A stretch of 64,000 nucleotides of DNA, taken from assembly GCA_963821045.1 (NCBI GenBank), contig CAWGCB010000007.1, positions 191,833 through 255,832 on the forward strand. The letters run 5' to 3'. The translations under genes and the position numbers were made by a program. The notes beneath the pieces were generated by a model. The model did no database searches. It had not been told where the DNA came from and saw only the letters and a list, made by a program, of their open reading frames with translations. This document shows, in pieces, positions 58,510 through 64,000 of the stretch. Each line of letters opens with the position of its first letter. The first letter of the stretch is position 1. Source of the stretch: an uncultured Actinomycetes bacterium. Lineage in GTDB: Bacteria > Actinomycetota > Actinomycetes > S36-B12 > UBA10799.

Positions 58510-58947
58510 TTAGAGGCTCTCGACCCTCTTTTTGAGCCCATCTAGCGCGGTCTTGACCATCTTCTTCTCCGCCTGTTTGCGAAGGATTCCGGGGACCTTG
58601 ATGGAGAGTTCGACCTCAAGTTCGTAGCGGACGTTAAAGGTGCCATCGCCGTTATCTGTGAGGCTGTAAATCCCGTCTTCCTTAGTCAAGACCGTGCCCT
58701 CCACGAGCCACCACTTCACTGACTCGACACCATTCCATTCGTACTCCAACACGAAGGAATCCTTGATCGGCCCCGAGGCGAAGTCCATGCGAATCACCTT
58801 GCAGCGACCGTCTGGAAACGCCTCGAGGATCTCCGCGGACTTCACGCCGTCGGCCCACTGAGGATAAGCAGGAAGGTCACCGATCACATCCATGATCGTC
58901 TCGGCGTCGCCGTGGATATCAATATTGCCCTGTGTCTTGTCGCCCAT
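58510..58947 (-). CDS. SRPBCC (START/cyclase-dehydrase fold) protein, paralogue 2
   Basis: 145-aa ORF paralogous to the upstream gene (IMDVIGDLPAYPQWADGV ... VELSIKVPGILRKQAEKKMVKTALDGLKKRVE). Confidence 0.6.
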   Translation of the reverse strand: MGDKTQGNIDIHGDAETIMDVIGDLPAYPQWADGVKSAEILEAFPDGRCKVIRMDFASGPIKDSFVLEYEWNGVESVKWWLVEGTVLTKEDGIYSLTDNGDGTFNVRYELEVELSIKVPGILRKQAEKKMVKTALDGLKKRVESL

Positions 58948-58950
58948 CTG

Positions 58951-59439
58951 CTACTTCTCCTCGTCGTTATTGTCACCGGTAGGTGTCTGAGTCTCGCTGG
59001 TCTCGCTGGTCTCGACACGGTCTTTGAGACCTGCTAGCGCGGTCTTCACAATCATCTTCTCAGCGCGGTTCCGAATCTTGCCGATCATCGGGATACTCAA
59101 CTCGACCATCAGCTCGTATGTCACCAACACACCGCCCTCGGCCTGTGGAACGAGTGTGTAGGTCCCCTCTTGGGCCTTGACCAAGTCTCCCTCGATCAGG
59201 TGCCAACTCACGCTGCGGCAACCGTTCCAGTCATAGACAAGGACGAACGTGTCGGAGATCGCTCCAGGATTGAAGGAAAACTTGGCTCGTTTCGGCCGCC
59301 CGTCGGGGAACTCTTCGAGCACCTCGACCGCATCGATACCGCTACTCCACAGTGGATAGGCGGGCAGGTCGGCAATCACATCCATGATGGCCTCCGGCGA
59401 CCCGTCAATGGTGATCTGACCACTCGTTTGCTGTGCCAT
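58951..59439 (-). CDS. SRPBCC (START/cyclase-dehydrase fold) protein, paralogue 1
   Basis: 162-aa ORF (IMDVIADLPAYPLWSSGI ... VELSIPMIGKIRNRAEKMIVKTALAGLKDRVE) with an acidic tail. Confidence 0.6.
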   Translation of the reverse strand: MAQQTSGQITIDGSPEAIMDVIADLPAYPLWSSGIDAVEVLEEFPDGRPKRAKFSFNPGAISDTFVLVYDWNGCRSVSWHLIEGDLVKAQEGTYTLVPQAEGGVLVTYELMVELSIPMIGKIRNRAEKMIVKTALAGLKDRVETSETSETQTPTGDNNDEEK

Positions 59440-60278
59440 TACCCTCCCTCACCCGCGCGCAGCGGCAAGGCTACCCGGCTATCGCCGCTGTTGGGCGAGA
59501 CATCCAACCGAAATGGCTCTCGCCGCGCACGAAAATGTCCCACATTTAGGCACTCAGTGCGCCCAACTCGATAGCGACTCGCTAGCGGTTGATGTACGTG
59601 CCCGAACAGCGCGTAGCGCGGCTGTACAGCGCGAATGAAGTCGAGCAGCGAATGGCTTCCGATCTCGAATCGGCGAGCCACCACGTCGAAGGTGAGATCT
59701 GGAATCGCCGGTGGAATGTGCGTACACAGCACGTCCACCTCGCCGAGCGCGGCGACCTTGGCATCAAACTCGCTGACGGAAATCTCGTTCGGCGTCCGGT
59801 AGGGCGACTGTAGTCCGGCGCCCACGAACCCGAACCTCACTCCGTCGACTTCGCGCACCTCGGCATCAACAACGGTGTGGCCTTCTCGCAGGTACGGTGT
59901 TGCGAGGGCCGGAACGTCGACGTTTCCGAAGGTCAACATTGCGGGTTGCGGGAGCGCCGCAAAGAGGTCTTCGTACTGGGATCGAATGATGGACGTGAAG
60001 TGCTCCATCCGGGTCGCGGGATCAGTCGATCCACTGAGCCGCTCCCACTCCCGCGCCGTCAGCGCTCGCGCCTCATCGAAGCGCTTCGCCAGCCTCAGCC
60101 GGATGTACTCGGCTGTCACGTCCGTGCCAAAGACCTCAGCGAAGGCACCTTCACTGGGGTCTTCGTAGTCCAAGTACAGCAACAGATCGCCTAGGCAAAT
60201 GAATACGTCCGCATCCTGCGCGGCGATGGCGAGTTCCTTGCTCGCGCCGTGGACGTCACTGACCACATTCACCCTCAC
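59439..60278 (-). CDS. metallophosphoesterase
   Basis: 279-aa ORF with calcineurin-like motifs: SDVHG, CLGDLL, FGNVD, a His in CTHIPP, and GHVH. Confidence 0.7.
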   Translation of the reverse strand: MRVNVVSDVHGASKELAIAAQDADVFICLGDLLLYLDYEDPSEGAFAEVFGTDVTAEYIRLRLAKRFDEARALTAREWERLSGSTDPATRMEHFTSIIRSQYEDLFAALPQPAMLTFGNVDVPALATPYLREGHTVVDAEVREVDGVRFGFVGAGLQSPYRTPNEISVSEFDAKVAALGEVDVLCTHIPPAIPDLTFDVVARRFEIGSHSLLDFIRAVQPRYALFGHVHQPLASRYRVGRTECLNVGHFRARREPFRLDVSPNSGDSRVALPLRAGEGG

Positions 60279-60790
60279 GACATCACCGCCGAGGTAGCTA
60301 CGAGCCGATCCGCCTCAAGCTCATCTTTGAGGTCCCAGAAGACCGCCTTGGCCCGCTTCGCCGCCGCCACTCGTGCCTTGTCCGCAGCACGGCGCCCTCG
60401 CGGATTGTCAGCAAAGCGGACAGGCTCGGTCCGGGAACGGCCCGCGGTGGGGTCCACTCGCAGGTAGTAGTGCACGATCACCCCGTCGGCGAAGGGTTCC
60501 AGCCAAATCTCGGTCGATCCCACGAATGAGCCGCTGACCGACCAGCGAATCCCGGCTAGTCCCCTATCCATGAACACGGCCAGGTCCATGTCGGGAAACC
60601 AGCGATGCCAACGCCGTTGCTCGGCGACAACCGCGGCTACACGTGCCGGGCTGGCAGCGATGAAGGTCTCATCTATCAAATCGATACCCGCCACAGACGC
60701 GATCGTAGCGCCCCATCCGCGTGCTACGGGGAACCTGAGTGGCTTCGCGTAGCGCCGTGCGCTCGGTAATCCCAATTCGAATTCGGCCAA
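60275..60790 (-). CDS. SRPBCC-family (polyketide cyclase/dehydrase-like) protein
   Basis: 171-aa ORF overlapping the metallophosphoesterase start by 4 nt. The core IDETFIAASPARVAAVVAEQRRWHRWFPD fits the SRPBCC N-terminal strand-helix pattern. Confidence 0.5.
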   Translation of the reverse strand: MAEFELGLPSARRYAKPLRFPVARGWGATIASVAGIDLIDETFIAASPARVAAVVAEQRRWHRWFPDMDLAVFMDRGLAGIRWSVSGSFVGSTEIWLEPFADGVIVHYYLRVDPTAGRSRTEPVRFADNPRGRRAADKARVAAAKRAKAVFWDLKDELEADRLVATSAVMS

Positions 60791-60831
60791 TCGACTAGCT
60801 ACTAGGGCGCTAACCGGGCACCCTGTTAGCT

Positions 60832-62019
60832 GTGGAGCGCCCCCCTGCCGGATCTGACGACGCTGTCGGCTCCGACGCCGTGTCGGCCCACGCCTTGCTG
60901 CGGGAACTGCGAGAGGTGGCCCGTGCTCTGCCGAGCGGCCTCGACGAGGTCAGTCTTGGTCAAATGATGTTGAACCAGGTGCGCGACGACGCACCGTTTG
61001 ACTCCGCCGTGCTGTTCACGCTGACTGACTCTGATCATGTCGTTCCGTTGACGGAGTTGAGCTCGAACCGGGTCAACTGGGCGATCGATGAACACCATCC
61101 GATGTGGCAACACGCGCACACAACGGGGGCCACAGCAACTCGGTTCGGCTCATTCTCGGATTCGCAGGACGGCGTATGCGCGCTGCTACCGATCACCCTG
61201 AGCGGGCGGCTGATCGCGGCCGTGGCAGTTGAACGCTCGGGTGAAATGTGGACCGACAACGAGCTTGCCGTCGCTGCGCGTCGACTCGACGACTCCGCCC
61301 TGCAGCTTGATTCCGGTCGGTTGTTTAGCGAAGTCCGCGCGTTGGCAACGGTCGAGGAACGCCGCCGACTGGCCCGAGAGATCCATGACGGAATCGCGCA
61401 AGAAATCGCTTCACTTGGGTACGTCGTGGATGAACTCGTCGATGAGGAGGCGGATCCAGCGCAACGTGAGCGCATCTCGCAGTTGCGAAGCGAGTTGAGC
61501 CGGATCGTGGGCGAGCTCAGGCTTTCGATCTTCGACCTTCGCAGCGATGTACTGCCTCACAGTGGGCTCGGCGCCGCGTTGTCTAGCTACATCCGACAGG
61601 TCGGCACGTCATCTGGGTTGACAGTGCACCTTGTACTTGATGAGTCGGCTGATCGTCTCAGGGTCGACACCGAGATGGAGTTCCTGCGAATCGCTCAGGA
61701 GGCCGTGACCAACGTCCGTCGCCACGCGCAGGCTAAGAATCTGTGGGTAACGTGCCGGGTTAGCCCGCCGCACGCCTTCTTGCGGGTCGCCGATGATGGC
61801 CGTGGACTAGGCTCGCCGCGCAACGACAGCTACGGCTTAGACATTATGCGAGAGCGTGCTGGACGACTCGGGGTCGATCTGACGGTGCGCAAACGCGATG
61901 GAGGCGGCACGGTAGTCGAGATAACTCTTGGCAACCCTCGCTTCGAAACGCTGCCGGACCAGAAGAAGTCGAGGGTACTGAAGGGATGGCGACGTGCCAA
62001 TCACGATTCTGATCGTTGA
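60832..62019 (+). CDS. sensor histidine kinase (GAF-like N-terminus, HisKA_3 + HATPase_c)
   Basis: 395-aa ORF with the H-box ERRRLAREIHDGIAQE, the N-box EAVTNVRRHA and the G-box DDGRGLG. I see no TM segments, so it is probably cytoplasmic. Confidence 0.8.
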   Translation: MERPPAGSDDAVGSDAVSAHALLRELREVARALPSGLDEVSLGQMMLNQVRDDAPFDSAVLFTLTDSDHVVPLTELSSNRVNWAIDEHHPMWQHAHTTGATATRFGSFSDSQDGVCALLPITLSGRLIAAVAVERSGEMWTDNELAVAARRLDDSALQLDSGRLFSEVRALATVEERRRLAREIHDGIAQEIASLGYVVDELVDEEADPAQRERISQLRSELSRIVGELRLSIFDLRSDVLPHSGLGAALSSYIRQVGTSSGLTVHLVLDESADRLRVDTEMEFLRIAQEAVTNVRRHAQAKNLWVTCRVSPPHAFLRVADDGRGLGSPRNDSYGLDIMRERAGRLGVDLTVRKRDGGGTVVEITLGNPRFETLPDQKKSRVLKGWRRANHDSDR

Positions 62020-62635
62020 TGATCACGAACTAATCCGCCAGGGCCTGCGCAGGGCATTTGAACGCGTCGGGGACTTTGAGGTGGTTGGCGAGGCCGGCAA
62101 CGTCGCTGATGCCAGTCAGTTGCTGAGTAGCTTGTCCCCCAACGTCGTCATTTTCGACGTGCGCTTGCCGGATGGATCCGGAATTGATGCAACCCGCGAT
62201 GCCAGGGAGCGGTTCCCAGATATGGGCATCGTGGTGTTGACGATGTACGCCGGGGACCAACAGCTATTCGACGCGCTGGAAGCTGGCGCCAGTGCTTTTG
62301 TACCCAAGAACGCTCCGGCCGAGGACGTCGTCGCCGCCGCCCGCCACGCAGCATCATCTCCGCGGGCATTCACCGCAACTGATCTCGCCGAGGCCATGAA
62401 ACGACGGATGTCACCGTCTGGGCCGAAGCTAAGCCCCCGCGAACGCCAAGTACTGCAACTGCTCGCTGACGGACTCGGAGTCGCTCAGATCTCCCGGCAG
62501 CTTTACATCAGTGAGTCGACAACTAAGACGCACATATCCAAACTGTACGAGAAACTTGGCGCTGCGAACCGGGCGCAGGCACTGATGTCTGCTCTGCGCT
62601 TGGGACTACTCAAGCAATCAGAACAGCAGTACTAG
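61994..62635 (+). CDS. NarL/LuxR-family response regulator
   Basis: 213-aa ORF with a receiver domain (ILIVDDHELIRQGL, VVIFDVRLPDGSG) and a LuxR HTH (LSPRERQVLQLLADGLGVAQISRQLYISESTTKTHISKLYEKLG). Confidence 0.85.
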   Translation: MPITILIVDDHELIRQGLRRAFERVGDFEVVGEAGNVADASQLLSSLSPNVVIFDVRLPDGSGIDATRDARERFPDMGIVVLTMYAGDQQLFDALEAGASAFVPKNAPAEDVVAAARHAASSPRAFTATDLAEAMKRRMSPSGPKLSPRERQVLQLLADGLGVAQISRQLYISESTTKTHISKLYEKLGAANRAQALMSALRLGLLKQSEQQY

Positions 62636-62650
62636 TCCTGGTCAATCGAG

Positions 62651-64000
62651 ATGACCTCCGTAGACCCGCAGATCGGGCGTAGCTGGCGCCCGGCGGCCAT
62701 ATTGGCGATCATCGCCGTCGCAATCTTGGTGGTGGCAACGACCGCGGGATCGTTGCGCGACCTAGATGTGTTCTGGCACATCCGACTCGGCGACGAGCTT
62801 TTGAGCGGCGTCAGCATTTACGACGCAGGCAGCACATGGTCTTACGCGCCGGTGCAAGACAACTGGGTATCTACCCAGTGGATCGTGGAGATCATCTTTG
62901 CGCTGCTCAACGGCGTCGCCGGTTTCAATGGACTCGTCGGATTCCGGGTGGTCACCACAGCGCTTGCACTAGCCAGCGTTGCAGTCGTCTTACTTCGCGA
63001 CCCGGCTAATCGAATGTGGGCGGTCCTCACGACGTACCTGGCAGCAGCATTTACCTTGTTCATCTTCGCCCAAGACCGTCCACAGCAGGTGTCGTTCATC
63101 TTGCTGCCCATCGTGGGCTGGTGGTGGCTGCGCTACCTGCGCGACGGCGTCGCACCACGCTGGTGGGTGGTAGCGGCACTGTGCGCCGTCTGGGCCAATG
63201 CCCACGGTTTGTGGATCATGGTTCCGGCTGTCTTGGTGCTAGCGATCATCGGGCGACTGATCGACCGGGAGTCGCCACGCACACTGAGCGCATTGCGCCC
63301 CGGACTGTGGGCGCTTGCCGCCGCCCTCGTCGGCGGCAGCCTGACACCGGTTGGACCACTCAACTTGCTCGCTCCGATCAGGTTCGCCGGCACGACGAGC
63401 CACATCGTCGAGTGGGATCCGACGGACTTCTTGTCTCTGGTCAGCTTGGGCCTAGGCCTCACCTTGGCTCTGTTCGGTTTGGCATGGGCCAGGGGACGAA
63501 CCCGACCGGCGCGCTCGGAGGTACTTTTCGTCCTAGCGCTCGCCGCCTTTGGGGCCAGCGCGGCGCGCAACGTTGCGCCCGCTGTCCTGCTGCTAGCGCC
63601 ACTACTTGCCTGGCGCTTGAGCATCGCCTTCAACGGCCCGCGCCCTTTGACGCCATCTACTGCAATCACCCAACTGGCCAGACCACTGAGCGCGTTCCTG
63701 ATGGTCTTCGGTGTCCTAATTGGCACAGTCGCCATCGCGACGTCAGATCCCCTGCCACCGGACTCTCGCCCACTGGGCCTCGTCGCTCGGGTCGCGGACT
63801 CCCCTGAACCGAGCCGGGTGCTCAACGGATATAACGTCAGCGGCCTTGTACTCTGGTTTGCGCGCCCGGCAGTCAGCGACAGTGAGGTACAGGTCGGAAT
63901 CGACGGTCGGGCCGATCGGTATGGCGCTGCTTACATTGACGAATACTTGACGATGGAACGGGCAGAACCTGGCTGGAATGAGACACTCGAGGAACTGAAC
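62651..64000 (+). CDS. polytopic membrane protein of unknown function (possibly GT-C-like), 3' end outside the window
   Basis: I translated 450 consecutive sense codons from ATG 62651 to the window edge by hand, with no stop. The product starts MTSVDPQIGRSWRPAAILAIIAVAILVVATT...DLDVFWHIRLGDELL and has many TM helices. It is missing from the ORF track because it is open-ended. Confidence 0.6.
   Translation, partial: MTSVDPQIGRSWRPAAILAIIAVAILVVATTAGSLRDLDVFWHIRLGDELLSGVSIYDAGSTWSYAPVQDNWVSTQWIVEIIFALLNGVAGFNGLVGFRVVTTALALASVAVVLLRDPANRMWAVLTTYLAAAFTLFIFAQDRPQQVSFILLPIVGWWWLRYLRDGVAPRWWVVAALCAVWANAHGLWIMVPAVLVLAIIGRLIDRESPRTLSALRPGLWALAAALVGGSLTPVGPLNLLAPIRFAGTTSHIVEWDPTDFLSLVSLGLGLTLALFGLAWARGRTRPARSEVLFVLALAAFGASAARNVAPAVLLLAPLLAWRLSIAFNGPRPLTPSTAITQLARPLSAFLMVFGVLIGTVAIATSDPLPPDSRPLGLVARVADSPEPSRVLNGYNVSGLVLWFARPAVSDSEVQVGIDGRADRYGAAYIDEYLTMERAEPGWNETLEELN

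Noticed and set aside
63016-63825. Two listed ORFs (263 aa on plus, 230 aa on minus), both Arg/Pro/Ser-rich.
   Set aside because: Both overlap the stop-free membrane-protein frame starting at 62651. Their composition is typical of off-frame translation of GC-rich coding DNA.

Overview
GC-rich actinobacterial chromosomal segment with about 60 genes. I saw no rRNA, tRNA, CRISPR array, transposase or integrase.

Recognisable content, left to right:
- 5' end of leuC with a divergent IclR regulator, a pirin, and DHA2-type MFS exporters
- a LemA-DUF2207 pair
- an imuA'-imuB-dnaE2 SOS mutagenesis cassette behind a perfect LexA box
- an OafA-like acyltransferase, a flavin monooxygenase, hydrolases and a patatin
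- pyruvate phosphate dikinase (PPDK) and a heterodimeric ABC exporter
- a decayed DUF222-HNH gene
- an operon of HTH/PocR regulator, sulfide:quinone oxidoreductase (SQR)-like flavoprotein, DUF1641, TusE and DsrE (sulfur trafficking)
- envelope genes: CHAP hydrolase, MptA/B-type mannosyltransferase, PASTA Ser/Thr kinase
- a remnant carotenoid locus, a class II DAHP synthase and a PPi-dependent phosphofructokinase
- glpK, plsC, a lipase-like hydrolase and glk
- a tightly coupled operon of three SRPBCC genes, a metallophosphoesterase, an ArsA-like ATPase and DUF5304
- a NarL-type two-component system followed by a 450-codon open-ended membrane-protein ORF that the ORF track misses

The most striking observation is 15 single-base-scale frame breaks in 10-11 otherwise recognisable genes: cutC, ppdK, DUF222-HNH, a DMT transporter, possibly mptA/B, crtB, both lycopene cyclase subunits, an SLC13 permease, an MFS transporter and pfp. 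Several of them sit at short homopolymers. This is either genuine reductive evolution, including loss of both PPi-dependent glycolytic enzymes and of pigment synthesis, or an indel-prone assembly. Sequence alone cannot separate the two.

The best candidates for under-described biology are the sulfur-relay operon and the SRPBCC/ArsA/DUF5304 operon. All functional calls rest on motif recognition by eye, not on searches.
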